Below, piece after piece: positions 50,451-60,768 of a stretch of 64,000 bases of DNA. The notes beneath the pieces were generated by a model, which worked only from the letters and a program-made list of their open reading frames with translations, ran no database searches and was not told where the DNA came from. Source of the stretch: Desulfatiglandales bacterium (GTDB lineage Bacteria; Desulfobacterota; DSM-4660; Desulfatiglandales; Desulfatiglandaceae); contig OY762721.1 of assembly GCA_963666345.1 (NCBI GenBank), positions 768,001 through 832,000 of the forward strand. The letters run 5' to 3'. Position numbers and translations under genes: made by a program. How positions within the stretch are numbered: the stretch's first letter is position 1; every line of letters begins with the position of its first letter.

Positions 50451-50631
50451 ATTTTTGGATGAAATGGAAATAATTACCACTGCTTCGAAACCTTGTCAAG
50501 AAATTTAAGTAACGCATTTTCGAATTTTTCTTAAGATTTTTTAAACGAAATTGATTAATCGTATTGAAAAAAGGCATCCCCGGTTCTATAACTCCTGAAT
50601 GCGAAAAAATAAAAAAGCAAGGTAGAAACAT

Positions 50632-50840
50632 ATGTTGAAAAGGGAGACAGAAGTTGCCAGAAATGCCGCCCTCGAAGCGGGTAAAATTCTGACCGCGATG
50701 TTCGGCAGTATAAACAAAATAGTCCTGGGGACCGTTTACAGCCCTCCCCTTGAAGAACTTTTTGAGGCGGTTTAAGGTCATGGGGCATATCTGAACAACA
50801 AAAAGATAAGTGTTTCAAATACATTGACGCTAGAGGCTTC
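50632..50840 (+). pseudogene. suhB: Inositol monophosphatase (SuhB-family) pseudogene
   Basis: MLKRETEVARNAALEAGKIL..MFG.INKIV|LGTVYSPPLEELFEAV*GHGAYLNNKKISVS. Internal deletion removes the GEE/DPxDGT motifs, plus a premature TAA. Confidence 0.8.
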
Positions 50841-50851
50841 TCAATCCCTGA

Positions 50852-51130
50852 TCACAATTTTCCGTCCAGAACCTTTTTCACCTCTTTTTCATCAAGGCCT
50901 TGGATCATCAACCTCTTTGATTTTGACTTTGAACCCCCTGTTATTTTTATGTTGCCTTTGGCTATCTTGAGCTGCCCGGCGAGAAAGTCGATCAGGGCCT
51001 TGTTGGCCTTTCCGTCAACAGGGGGTGCGGTAAGTTTTATTCTGTAGGATCCTTGGTCCTTTCCGATAATCCTATTTACCGAAGACCGTGGAACAACCTT
51101 CACATTAATTGAGACCCGTGGACCTTCCAT
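50852..51130 (-). CDS. DUF167/YggU family protein
   Basis: V.VVPRSS, APPVDGKAN.ALI.FLA, G.KSK.K. Confidence 0.9.
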   Translation of the reverse strand: MEGPRVSINVKVVPRSSVNRIIGKDQGSYRIKLTAPPVDGKANKALIDFLAGQLKIAKGNIKITGGSKSKSKRLMIQGLDEKEVKKVLDGKL

Positions 51131-51189
51131 ATCTTAGACATCTCATGAATTAACTGGGAAAGCAGGCCGGGACAAAGGGATCATCCCCG

Positions 51190-51489
51190 TCAGCTCAGGC
51201 GTAATGCCAGTTGGAGCAGACTCTGAACCAGGAATGACTGAATGAATATTATGACCAGTATTACAAGGATAGGAGAAAAATCCATGCCACCGAAATAAAC
51301 CGGGATCCTTCGCCTGATAGGATAAAGAACAGGCTCGGTGACGGAGTTTAAAAACCTTACTATCGGATTATAAGGATCAGGGCTTACCCATGATATGATC
51401 GCCCTTCCTATAATTATCCACATGTAAAGGGTAAGCAGTATATCCATGATTTTTGCTACTGCAGCCAGAAAATTTGAAATTACAAACAT
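51190..51489 (-). CDS. YggT family membrane protein
   Basis: SWV.PDPYNPIV.FL...TEPVL.PIRR, DFSP. Start ATG 51489. Confidence 0.9.
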   Translation of the reverse strand: MFVISNFLAAVAKIMDILLTLYMWIIIGRAIISWVSPDPYNPIVRFLNSVTEPVLYPIRRRIPVYFGGMDFSPILVILVIIFIQSFLVQSLLQLALRLS

Positions 51490-51639
51490 GTCTAAACAAT
51501 AACCTCCGAAAAAAATCATATGCACAATATAAAGATGGATCTTCTCCCGATTAGTTGCTCAATCGGCATATCTTTTTTCACACGGTGCAACATATCAGGG
51601 CTCAAGAGAGCAAGGGTCCGAGTGAAAAAAACAGACACT

Positions 51640-52368
51640 TCAGGACACCTTAAATGCGCTTATAACTCCATGACATTTACAGGCAGTTCCGATCAGCCAG
51701 GTTGCTCCATCACCATCTCTGACTGCCCTTTCCGCCTCCAAAAGGTCCCCTACCCTGTAGCCACCCAGCCCGGGGGCGATCTGACGACTTCTGATTACAA
51801 AGATGTCAAACTCGCGGGTTTCAATGTCGGAAAGGTATCGAAAAAGAGGTTTTTCCCTTTTCTCGCCAGTGACCGTACATCGGTCCGGTTCAGGACAGTC
51901 ATCCGGACATAGAAAATCTGCATAACTGACAAGAAGATCACCTTCTTTTCCATGCCAGAATTTAGGCATCAAAGAGGCTATGGTTTCAGGAAAAAGCATT
52001 TTTTCTATGGTAAAACCTTTTGCTGAACGGCATCTGAGCCACTCAAAGGCAAGATGCACAGGCAAGGCGGGAACAATGATGTTTTCGTTTCTCATCTGCC
52101 GAAGATTTCTCTCAAGGAACCTGACGCCGTCCTCCTGGAACCTCTTTACGGGCATCCTTTCAAATTCTCTTAGTGCTTCCTCGCATCTGTCCACAATAAA
52201 GATACTTTCATGGCCCAGTTCGCAGAGGATACTAACGGCCCTCCTGCCGAAATGTCCACCTCCTATTACAAATATCGAATCACTTTTTATATCCTGTCCG
52301 CGGATCTCGGCAGGATAACTCAGGCTGTCGCCTGCCGTTGAAACAACCTTTTTTGTGTCTAGAGGCAT
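51640..52368 (-). CDS. Conserved hypothetical protein: Rossmann-like N-terminus and Cys-rich C-terminus
   Basis: IFVIGGGHFG; CPDDCPEP..CTVTG; TACKCHG. Confidence 0.65.
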   Translation of the reverse strand: MPLDTKKVVSTAGDSLSYPAEIRGQDIKSDSIFVIGGGHFGRRAVSILCELGHESIFIVDRCEEALREFERMPVKRFQEDGVRFLERNLRQMRNENIIVPALPVHLAFEWLRCRSAKGFTIEKMLFPETIASLMPKFWHGKEGDLLVSYADFLCPDDCPEPDRCTVTGEKREKPLFRYLSDIETREFDIFVIRSRQIAPGLGGYRVGDLLEAERAVRDGDGATWLIGTACKCHGVISAFKVS

Positions 52369-52447
52369 AAAATGGGTATAAGCATAATGGATCGTGTTTG
52401 AAACAGGCTCAGGCAGAAAAAAACAGGTCCAAAATATAGAGACGCGC

Positions 52448-52835
52448 CAGAGCAGAATATAAGCCGGGTTTTGTCCCCCTTAGCGGTTACCCGTTTAAGG
52501 GGTAATGGCCATTCATCTAGCCCTGACGTTACCGTCAGGGTCAAGCAACCTACCCGGGAACTCGGGCGGACCACCCTCAAGCGTTCCCCTATTTGGTCTT
52601 GCTCCAGGTGGGGTTTACCTAGCACCTGCCGTCACCAGCAGACCTGGTGAGCTCTTACCTCACCTTTTCACCCTTACCCTTTCAGATACCGGTGGTAACT
52701 GAAAAGGCGGTTTGCTTTCTGTGGCACTTTCCTTCCCGTCACCGGGACTGGACGTTATCCAGCACCTTGTCCTCAGGAGCCCGGACTTTCCTCTCCCCTG
52801 CCAAAGGCAGGGCAGCGGCCATTCAGCCTACTCTG
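52448..52835 (-). ncRNA. rnpB: RNase P RNA (type A)
   Basis: Minus strand contains GAGGAAAGTCCGGGCTC, GGAAAGTGCCACAGAAA, GGTAAACCCCAC and ACAAAACCCGGCTTAT; the two termini pair as P1. Confidence 0.95.
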
Positions 52836-53577
52836 ACGCGCCTTCCACATCGGCGGTCTTTTTGAATTTTTCATTGTCACCCCAGTACATTATTCGCATG
52901 CAATTGGGGCAATTCATAAGGCTGTCTCCTCTGATAAGTTCGTTAAACTTCTGGGGCGGAATACCCATATGGCAAGCCTGGCACACACCTTTTATAACAG
53001 AAGTAATGGCTACCCCGTCTTTATGTTTTCTGATAGTATCGTAACTCTTTAATAGATTTGCGTCAATGTCTTCGGACAAGCCGCTCCTCTTTGCCTCCAG
53101 TTCTTCAAGCTCAAGATCAAGGGCCTTTATCTCCTTCATTATCTTACTTTTGTCCTTTTTAAAGGCCTCTTTTCCTTTCTTCAGAGACTCCTTTCTTGAG
53201 GTACAACTTTTTTTTAAAACCTCCAACTGCTCCATGATTTCCAGGGTACGATCCTCAAACCTGCCTTTTTCCTTGCTCATCGTCTCAATCTCTTTAAGAG
53301 CGGCACGGTATTCCTTATTGTCCCTTATATTTGATAATTTTGAGTTGCTCTTTTCAACCTTGGAATCAATATCCTCTATTTCCAGCTCGATATCGTTTCC
53401 CTCCTTTTTGCAGACATCAAGCCTTTCCATTTCCTCTTCCATTTCACTTTCAAGCAAAAGGAGTTTTTCCTCCAGGGCCTTTATCCGATTTGGCCCCTCG
53501 ACCTTTTGATCTTTGATCTCCATGATCCTGGCATCACAGTCCTGAAGATCGATAAGTTTTTTAATTGACTCTTCCAA
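52828..53577 (-). CDS. Coiled-coil protein with C4 zinc ribbon (DUF164-like)
   Basis: Long coiled coil, CQACHM...CPNC.RI; follows Nif3 as usual. Confidence 0.88.
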   Translation of the reverse strand: MEESIKKLIDLQDCDARIMEIKDQKVEGPNRIKALEEKLLLLESEMEEEMERLDVCKKEGNDIELEIEDIDSKVEKSNSKLSNIRDNKEYRAALKEIETMSKEKGRFEDRTLEIMEQLEVLKKSCTSRKESLKKGKEAFKKDKSKIMKEIKALDLELEELEAKRSGLSEDIDANLLKSYDTIRKHKDGVAITSVIKGVCQACHMGIPPQKFNELIRGDSLMNCPNCMRIMYWGDNEKFKKTADVEGASE

Positions 53578-53674
53578 TCTCTACTCCTTGCGTAAATTTA
53601 TTGACCTTTTTCGTCCAAACCGGGGTACATCCCCATAAACAAGGTCATCGTTTAATTACGATTACTCCATACCA

Positions 53675-54478
53675 TCAGAGGCACATAAAAGGATCGGTTT
53701 CACCTTCGTCGACCTCAAAAACCACCTCCCAGTCTTTAGATCCCGCCAGATCTTTAAGGCGCTCGGCAAAAACCTGCATGGCCCTTTTTTCAGTGCAGAA
53801 ATGACCACCATCCAATACGGCGATTCCAAGGGACCCCGCTTCCAATGCCCTGTGATATCCTACATCTCCTGTCAGCAATACATCAGCACCCTTGCCGCAT
53901 GCCGTCTCCAGAAGACTTGATCCGGCGCCCCCGACCACCGCGACCCTGTTGACGCTTCCGGGCAGCTTGCCGGCGACTCTAATGGTACCCAAACCAAATA
54001 TTTTTTTGACCCTTGCAATAAATTCATGGAAATCCAACCTCCCTGGAAGATCACCGATCCTACCCAAACCTGAGCCATCCGTTTCCGCACTGTCTTGGAG
54101 CGCCCTTATGTCCTGCAGGTCCAAAAGTTCAGCCAGGATATCATTTATCCCATCCTTTGCCGAATCCAGATTGGTATGTGCGGATATAATGGAAATCCCC
54201 TGCTCAAGGGCTGTGCTGATCACCTTGCCTGGGTATTTACTGGTATCTAAAGATGAAAGGGGGGCAAAAATAAGGGGATGGTGGGTAAGCAGGAGTTGTG
54301 CGCCGCATCTTGAGGCGGCCGACACCACTTCAAGTGTCGGATCAAGGGCGATTAAGACCTTGTTCACCTCTGAGAAAGGAGAACCGACCTGCAGGCCCGG
54401 ATTGTCCCAGGGCTCAGCTAATCCGGAAGGGGCTATGCTCTCAAATAAATCAAGAAAATCATTTAGTTTGGGAATCAT
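53675..54478 (-). CDS. Nif3-like dinuclear metal hexameric protein
   Basis: WDNPGL, THHPL, HTNLD, TGD..YH, GH..TE. Confidence 0.92.
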   Translation of the reverse strand: MIPKLNDFLDLFESIAPSGLAEPWDNPGLQVGSPFSEVNKVLIALDPTLEVVSAASRCGAQLLLTHHPLIFAPLSSLDTSKYPGKVISTALEQGISIISAHTNLDSAKDGINDILAELLDLQDIRALQDSAETDGSGLGRIGDLPGRLDFHEFIARVKKIFGLGTIRVAGKLPGSVNRVAVVGGAGSSLLETACGKGADVLLTGDVGYHRALEAGSLGIAVLDGGHFCTEKRAMQVFAERLKDLAGSKDWEVVFEVDEGETDPFMCL

Positions 54479-54512
54479 AAAATATTTCTATCGGCGTACC
54501 ATAAAATTTTAA

Positions 54513-54539
54513 AGGGCGCACCCCTCAGGGATGCGCCCT
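54513..54539 (-). terminator. Hairpin downstream of the tRNA
   Basis: AGGGCGCA...TGCGCCCT, followed by an AT-rich tract on the minus strand. Confidence 0.6.
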
Positions 54540-54612
54540 CTTCAGTTAAAATCTTCTCTTTTTTGAAATTCGCCTTTAATACCATAGGATGTGGGTAATA
54601 ACAATCGATATA

Positions 54613-54688
54613 TGGTGGGCCCACCTGGGTTCGAACCAGGGACCTACCGGTTATGAGCCGGTGGCTCTTCCAGCTGAGCTATGGGCCC
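54613..54688 (-). tRNA. tRNA with CAT anticodon, probably tRNA-Ile2 (lysidine)
   Basis: GGGCCCATAGCTCAG...CCGGCTCATAACCGG...TTCGAA...GGGCCCACCA. Lacks initiator features and lies downstream of rpoD. Confidence 0.88.
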
Positions 54689-54764
54689 CTCCAAAAAGTT
54701 AATAATCAATCTGCTAAAATTATCATTCAAAGTCGTTTTGTCAAGTAAAAATCCGCAGTCAGTA

Positions 54765-56543
54765 TCAGTATTCACTGCCATCCACAAAACTCTTCAGTTT
54801 CTTGCTTCTGCTGGGGTGCCTTAATTTTCTCAGTGCCTTGGCCTCTATCTGTCTTATACGCTCTCTTGTAACACTGAAATCACGGCCCACCTCTTCCAAG
54901 GTGTGATCCGCCTTTTCACCTATCCCGAAGCGCATTCTGAGTACTTTTTCCTCTCTGGGCGTAAGGGTCCTGAGCACATTTCTGGTCTGTTCGGCCAGGC
55001 CGAAATTCACGACCGCGTCACCAGGCGAAAGCACCTTTTTATCTTCTATGAAATCTCCCAGATGGCTGTCTTCCTCTTCCCCGATAGGGGTCTCAAGAGA
55101 TATCGGTTCCTTGGCAATCTTAAGGACCTTACGTACCTTTTCCAGGGGAAATTCCATTTTTTCGGCAATTTCTTCAGGCGTGGGTTCGCGCCCATGTTCC
55201 TGAACAAGATAGCGTGAGGTACGGATAAGCTTATTTATAGTCTCAATCATGTGAACAGGAATTCGTATCGTCCTTGCCTGGTCTGCGATAGCCCTGGTAA
55301 TGGCCTGTCTTATCCACCAGGTCGCATAGGTGCTGAATTTGTAGCCTCGCTGATATTCGAACTTATCAACGGCTTTCATTAGACCTATATTTCCCTCTTG
55401 GATCAGGTCAAGGAACTGGAGCCCCCGGTTTGTATATTTCTTTGCTATACTTACTACGAGTCTCAAATTAGCTTTAATGAGATCCGACTTGGCAAGATTG
55501 GCCCTTTCAAGGCTGGCCTCTATCTTTCTAAGTGTACCCTTCAATTGCCTGTGAGTCATATTGGTGCACTCTTTATATCGGCTTACGATCATCTGTGCAT
55601 CTTCGGCCTTTGTTTTAAGCCTTACCAGTTCGCCTTTTGTCAACCTGAGAGAGGGGACTATCTCATCGTCTTTGGTGGACTTGGGTATCTTTGCAAAACA
55701 CTTGTTCAAATAGCATATCGATTTCCCGCCCGCCATCAGCATGCACTCTGCGATCTGTTTCTCCGCTTCATCGATCTCGGCTACAATTTCTCTGAATCTT
55801 TCTACCATAAGCTCCAGCTGCCGTTTTTCGAGGCTGAATGAATTTACAAGAGAAAGTATATTTTCTTTATTTTTCTTGATCTGGGCGGAAAGTCTCTTCT
55901 TTTTGGCCTCCGCACATTTTCCTTTGGCCATCTCCTGCCTTTTCAACCGTATATCTTCCTGGAAGACCTCCATCTGATCTATGAGATTTATGAGAGATTC
56001 CTTCCTCTCACCAAGCTGGGTGTAGGCATTTTCTTCATCCTCCAGGTCGTTTATTACATCCTTCAGCTTAACTTCACTCATTTTGAGTCTGAACCCGAGT
56101 TCAATGATATGCTCTACGCCGATCCCGCAATCCAGCAGCATGCTCATGGCCTTTTTCTCACCAGCCTCTATCTTTTTGGCGATCTTGACCTCGCCTTCCC
56201 GTGTCAGCAGGGATATACAACCCATTTCCTTTAGGTACATCTTTACCGGATCGGACACCCTGGAGGCGCTGTCAGGAAGGTCGATCCTGTTGCTGTCTTT
56301 TTCCTCAACTTTCTTTTTGCTCTTTTTGGCCTTATCGGCCTTTTCCATATCCGCCTTTGAGGCCTCATCAACAACCATGATGTCCAGCTCTTCGAACACC
56401 ATCATCAGGTCGTCGATATCCTCTTCAGAGGATGCCAGCTCCTCGGACAGATCATCGTTGATCTCCTCGTAAGTTACGTAACCCTTATCTTTGCCAATAT
56501 CTATCAGACGCTTAAGGTTTACCATGTCGGGATTCTTGGCCAT
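54765..56543 (-). CDS. rpoD: RNA polymerase sigma-70 factor
   Basis: [47 protein letters not shown]. Confidence 0.98.
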   Translation of the reverse strand: MAKNPDMVNLKRLIDIGKDKGYVTYEEINDDLSEELASSEEDIDDLMMVFEELDIMVVDEASKADMEKADKAKKSKKKVEEKDSNRIDLPDSASRVSDPVKMYLKEMGCISLLTREGEVKIAKKIEAGEKKAMSMLLDCGIGVEHIIELGFRLKMSEVKLKDVINDLEDEENAYTQLGERKESLINLIDQMEVFQEDIRLKRQEMAKGKCAEAKKKRLSAQIKKNKENILSLVNSFSLEKRQLELMVERFREIVAEIDEAEKQIAECMLMAGGKSICYLNKCFAKIPKSTKDDEIVPSLRLTKGELVRLKTKAEDAQMIVSRYKECTNMTHRQLKGTLRKIEASLERANLAKSDLIKANLRLVVSIAKKYTNRGLQFLDLIQEGNIGLMKAVDKFEYQRGYKFSTYATWWIRQAITRAIADQARTIRIPVHMIETINKLIRTSRYLVQEHGREPTPEEIAEKMEFPLEKVRKVLKIAKEPISLETPIGEEEDSHLGDFIEDKKVLSPGDAVVNFGLAEQTRNVLRTLTPREEKVLRMRFGIGEKADHTLEEVGRDFSVTRERIRQIEAKALRKLRHPSRSKKLKSFVDGSEY

Positions 56544-56670
56544 CTATATTCCCTCCTGGATTCATTTATTTCATTTCACAATTAACGATTCTCAACCAAG
56601 AAATTCAAACCGATTTAAATTATAAAAAACCGGCTTAAAGATTGTGAACCTAAATTATCACTGGTTTATG

Positions 56671-58440
56671 TTACTGTGCAGGGCCCTTTGAAAGCATGGA
56701 CCTCTTCATCTTCAAAATTTCGTTCATTCCTTTTATGTCGCCCCTTGCACGAGCCTTCCGGAATGAGATCTCCAGGCCTGAACGCTCTATTTCAATTTTT
56801 ATTTCAGCAATCGCCTGATCTGCTGCCTGATCATCGAAAAAGGATTTTCCGGAAATCGCCTCTCGGTAGAGGATACTGGCCGCCTCACTTCCAAGGTCTT
56901 CAAGCAGTCTCTCCGGAGGAAAGGCACCTTGCCGGTTGTATCGACTAAAAAAGGCATCCGTAATTTCGGTTACCAGAGGATCGGAAAAATAACCCCGCCA
57001 ATTGGTATCAATTAAATCAGCGGCTTTTTCAGGATAGTAGATTATGAGATTAAGCAGATGGTGATCACGACCGAAACTACCTTGAGTCTTAGAAGTTGAC
57101 ACCTTTTCCTCAATCCCCCCCCTTACATCCTTTACCGATCTTTTCTTCAGGGATTTCTTGAATTCCGACCATATTATCTCTTCCCTGATACCTATGGTAT
57201 CTGCAAGGCGCTTGATATAAAGGGCACGCTGAGCCTCGCTTCTTAGTTCGAACAAGGGCGGAAAGACCTCTTTCAAGAGGTCCACCTTACCTTCAAGACC
57301 GGAACCGGAACCAGAGATCTTCTGTTCCAGGTAAAAATCAAAGAGAGTCGGGGCAGATACCAGATGCTCCTCAAGTTTTTCAAGGCCTTTTGCGTTTACA
57401 TATCCGTCCGGATCATAACCGTCAGGCAGCAATACGGCCTTTGCGGAAAGCCCCTCATTGGAAAAATGGGAAAGACTGTTTACAGCCGCCTTTTTTCCAG
57501 CCTCATCCGAATCGAATAACAGCACAGCCTCCCTGCAGTAGCCCTTTAACCTGCGCAGGTGATCGGCGGTCAATGCGGTTCCAAGGGTGGCAACGACCTC
57601 TGAAAGACCGTTATTTATGAGCGCAAGGCAGTCCATGTAACCTTCCACGATTACCGCCCTTTTCTTCTCCCTGATGGATCCGGCTGAGGCATGCAGCCCG
57701 TATAACAGTCGCCCTTTCGCAAAAAGAGGGGTTTCCGGCGTGTTGAGATACTTGGGAAGTGAATCGTCAAGTACCCTTCCCCCAAAACCTACCACCTGTC
57801 CTTTCACGTTGAATATGGGGAAAATTATTCTTCCCCTGAACCTGTCATAGTAACCACCGCTCTTTTTTTCGACAACAAGTCCGGCCTCGAAAGCGATACC
57901 CAAGCCTGAATTCTTGCTTCTGAGATAATTTATCAAACCGTCCCAGCGGTCGGGAGAGTAGCCGATTCTAAATTCGGATATCGTCTTATCTGAAAGGCCC
58001 CTGTTCTTTATATATTTCCTTGCCCTCTTTCCGACATCCGGATGAAACAGGCAGTTCTGGAAATAGAGCGCGGCCGTTTCATTAAGGTTAACAAGGGCGG
58101 ACCTCTTTTTTGCCTCTTTTTGCTCAACAGGGGTTGAAAATCCTTCCTGGATTGTGACATTATATTTTTCTGCAAGATCTCTCACCGCCTCGGGGAAGGT
58201 CTCACTGTGATACTCCATCCAAAAGGTAAAGATATCTCCACCCTTCTTGCAGCCGAAACAGTGAAATGTCTGTCTCTCAGGGCTTACGGTAAAGGAAGGA
58301 TCTTTCTCTGCGTGAAAAGGGCACAGTCCGACATAATTTCTGCCCGCTTTTCTAAGCTGCACATACTGGCCGATAACCTCAAGTATGTCAGCGGCCCTTT
58401 TGATCTCATCCTTTGCCGATTGCCTTGTCAAAAGCACCAC
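56671..58440 (-). CDS. dnaG: DNA primase
   Basis: CPFH...CFGC zinc finger, KYLNTPET, EGYMD, FDSDEAG, DPD. True start may be TTG 58431. Confidence 0.96.
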   Translation of the reverse strand: MVLLTRQSAKDEIKRAADILEVIGQYVQLRKAGRNYVGLCPFHAEKDPSFTVSPERQTFHCFGCKKGGDIFTFWMEYHSETFPEAVRDLAEKYNVTIQEGFSTPVEQKEAKKRSALVNLNETAALYFQNCLFHPDVGKRARKYIKNRGLSDKTISEFRIGYSPDRWDGLINYLRSKNSGLGIAFEAGLVVEKKSGGYYDRFRGRIIFPIFNVKGQVVGFGGRVLDDSLPKYLNTPETPLFAKGRLLYGLHASAGSIREKKRAVIVEGYMDCLALINNGLSEVVATLGTALTADHLRRLKGYCREAVLLFDSDEAGKKAAVNSLSHFSNEGLSAKAVLLPDGYDPDGYVNAKGLEKLEEHLVSAPTLFDFYLEQKISGSGSGLEGKVDLLKEVFPPLFELRSEAQRALYIKRLADTIGIREEIIWSEFKKSLKKRSVKDVRGGIEEKVSTSKTQGSFGRDHHLLNLIIYYPEKAADLIDTNWRGYFSDPLVTEITDAFFSRYNRQGAFPPERLLEDLGSEAASILYREAISGKSFFDDQAADQAIAEIKIEIERSGLEISFRKARARGDIKGMNEILKMKRSMLSKGPAQ

Positions 58441-58717
58441 TCATTGAACCATATAAGAATCAAACCCTGTTTTTTAGTCAGACTTTTCAAGGAAATGCCG
58501 ATGAAGCCGCCTCACGGTCCATTCCTGACGAAACTTCGGGAGCATGTCTGCATCTGCCATGAATACAATAAAAACCGGACAAATTTACAGGTGAAAGGTA
58601 TTGGGAATGGCCCTCATTAACCGAGGAGATCTGCCGCCATATATCCGGGCGGGCAGGATATCCCTGAACCTGGTATCTATGCTTTGTCATGCAGGCTCTG
58701 AAGCTTGATTCATATAA

Positions 58718-59161
58718 TTAACTAAGGAGGTTGCGGGCTATGGTGTTTACTTCCTTACCCTGTGCCTGTCCGGCCATCCTTTCCATTGCAACCTTCATTA
58801 CCTTTCCAAGGTCCCTGGGGCCGGTCGCAGACAGCTCAGCGAATATTTCCTTGAGTATCCTTTCAATCTCTTCGGGGGACAATTGCTTGGGGAGATAATC
58901 ATAAAAAATCCTGATCTCGTCTTCCTCCTTCTGAGCCAGATCCTCTCGATTTCCTTCCCTGAATTCCTTGGCAGCCTCTTTGGCCTTTCTTACCAACGAG
59001 GAAATCAAAGCCTCTATCTCCTCATCTTCCAGTTCACGGCCCTTTTCAACCTGCTTGTTTTTTACGGAGGCCTTAAGCATTCTAATGCATGAGAGCCTCA
59101 TGGTATCCTTGGCCTTCATTGCCTCTTTTAGATCCTGATTTATTTTTTCATGGAGAGACAT
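58718..59161 (-). CDS. GatB/YqeY domain protein
   Basis: DLKEAMKAKD, YLPKQLS, GKVM; GGAGG RBS. Confidence 0.92.
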   Translation of the reverse strand: MSLHEKINQDLKEAMKAKDTMRLSCIRMLKASVKNKQVEKGRELEDEEIEALISSLVRKAKEAAKEFREGNREDLAQKEEDEIRIFYDYLPKQLSPEEIERILKEIFAELSATGPRDLGKVMKVAMERMAGQAQGKEVNTIARNLLS

Positions 59162-59296
59162 AAATCCTCCCTGACCGGGGTTTTATCCAACAGGGCCAAA
59201 ATTACCTTAAAAAATCTGACCGCGGGAAATTCCGCCTTTCATGTTGCGCTGTAACTCTAAAACTTAAATCGAGGTTTTATATTGTCAAGGCCTTAA

Positions 59297-60034
59297 TCAT
59301 GGAAGAGATTCACCTTTTGAAACCTTTATGGCCGCCTCCAGATCCAGCGATCCTTCATATAGAGCCCTTCCCGTTATAAGACCGATCACTCCAAACGTGG
59401 ATAAGGGCAGCAGATCCCTGACATCGGAGATATCCGAAATGCCCCCTGATGCAATTATCGGTATAGTGGTCGACCGAGCAAGCTCTCCGGTTGAATCTAT
59501 GTTAGTACCCGATCTCATCCCATCCCTCTTGATATCGGTATGGATTATCGCCGAAACACCGCTTCCTTCAAATTTTCTTGCCATTTCTATGGGAGAGATG
59601 GAAACCTCCTCTGTCCAACCCTCAAGTGCAACCTTTCCATTCCTTGAATCTATACCGAGAATAATCTTTCCCGGATACCTCTTGCAGGCCTTAAGCACAA
59701 ATTCGGGATCCTTGTATGCCACGGTGCCTAAAATCACGTAGCTGAGACCCAGCTCAAAATACGACTCCAGGTTGACCATGTCTCTTATCCCGCCCCCAAG
59801 CTGCACCGGTATGGGAACGGATTCAACGATCTTTCTTATCACCTTGCCATTGACCGGTTTACCCTGCACGGCACCGTCAAGATCAACCAGATGGAGCCTC
59901 TCAGCCCCCTTTTTCCACCACTGTAAGGCCATCTGTTCCGGGGCCTCGGAAAAGACCGTCACCTCAGACATCCTTCCCTGAAAGAGCCTCACGCATCTGC
60001 CGCCTTTTATATCAACAGCCGGTATTACTATCAA
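59297..60034 (-). CDS. hisA: ProFAR isomerase
   Basis: IPAVD...G.CVRL.QG, HLVDLDGA, GGGIR, TDI.RDG, ASGG, GRALY. Confidence 0.96.
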   Translation of the reverse strand: MIVIPAVDIKGGRCVRLFQGRMSEVTVFSEAPEQMALQWWKKGAERLHLVDLDGAVQGKPVNGKVIRKIVESVPIPVQLGGGIRDMVNLESYFELGLSYVILGTVAYKDPEFVLKACKRYPGKIILGIDSRNGKVALEGWTEEVSISPIEMARKFEGSGVSAIIHTDIKRDGMRSGTNIDSTGELARSTTIPIIASGGISDISDVRDLLPLSTFGVIGLITGRALYEGSLDLEAAIKVSKGESLP

Positions 60035-60037
60035 AAT

Positions 60038-60754
60038 TCAGTCCTTATTCCTTTGCTTTGCAGCTATGCCTTCCAGAATCCCCTCAAGCCCTAGATCTGC
60101 ATATTCCTCTACGGTCAACCATCTGAAACCGGCCTTTAAAAGTGAAGGTGCCTCAAGCAGATTTTCAGAAAGAGACTGCTGAGTCTTATCAAATTTGCTT
60201 CGCCACAAGATACTGCCGTCCCGAGGGTCCAGTATCCAAAGATCAAAGGCCACAGAGGCGGCGGATCTTACACCGTAATCAGTACCCACCCTCTGCCTCC
60301 ATCTATAGAGATACCCGGCAAGCACCGCATCACCGCCGAAAGAACTTCCCACCTTCTGAAGGACCTGGCTCTTGCTCATATTAACACCCTTGTCGGCCTG
60401 AAGGATGCTGTTATATGCCCCCTCAGACTGTCCGGGTGATATAAGCTCAAAGTTCTTCTTTTTAACGATCTTTTCAAAAAGCATCCTGGTCAACGCTTCT
60501 GAATTCTCCATGGATACAGGCTCGGCAACGTATACCGATCCGGTAAGCGAGTCGTGGACGACATCGGGCTGTTGTCCCTGAGCAATAAGAGGCTGAAATC
60601 CGACTACAACCAGTTTGTTTATGGCAGGGATTGAGGCCGTCGACTTAGAATCCCTTCTATTTTTGTGAGAACAGCCTGCCGCCAGAATCATTAGAAAGGC
60701 AAGCACCAGGTTGGTAAAAATAAGGTATCTTCTATTTTCAAATCTCGGTTTCAT
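60038..60754 (-). CDS. Putative lipoprotein
   Basis: Lipobox LAAGC after a hydrophobic signal peptide. Confidence 0.75.
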   Translation of the reverse strand: MKPRFENRRYLIFTNLVLAFLMILAAGCSHKNRRDSKSTASIPAINKLVVVGFQPLIAQGQQPDVVHDSLTGSVYVAEPVSMENSEALTRMLFEKIVKKKNFELISPGQSEGAYNSILQADKGVNMSKSQVLQKVGSSFGGDAVLAGYLYRWRQRVGTDYGVRSAASVAFDLWILDPRDGSILWRSKFDKTQQSLSENLLEAPSLLKAGFRWLTVEEYADLGLEGILEGIAAKQRNKD

Positions 60755-60768
60755 ACCTCCTCCATATC

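Noticed and set aside
52359..52865. Several short ORFs over 52359-52865
   Set aside because: They are shadows of the GC-rich RNase P RNA.
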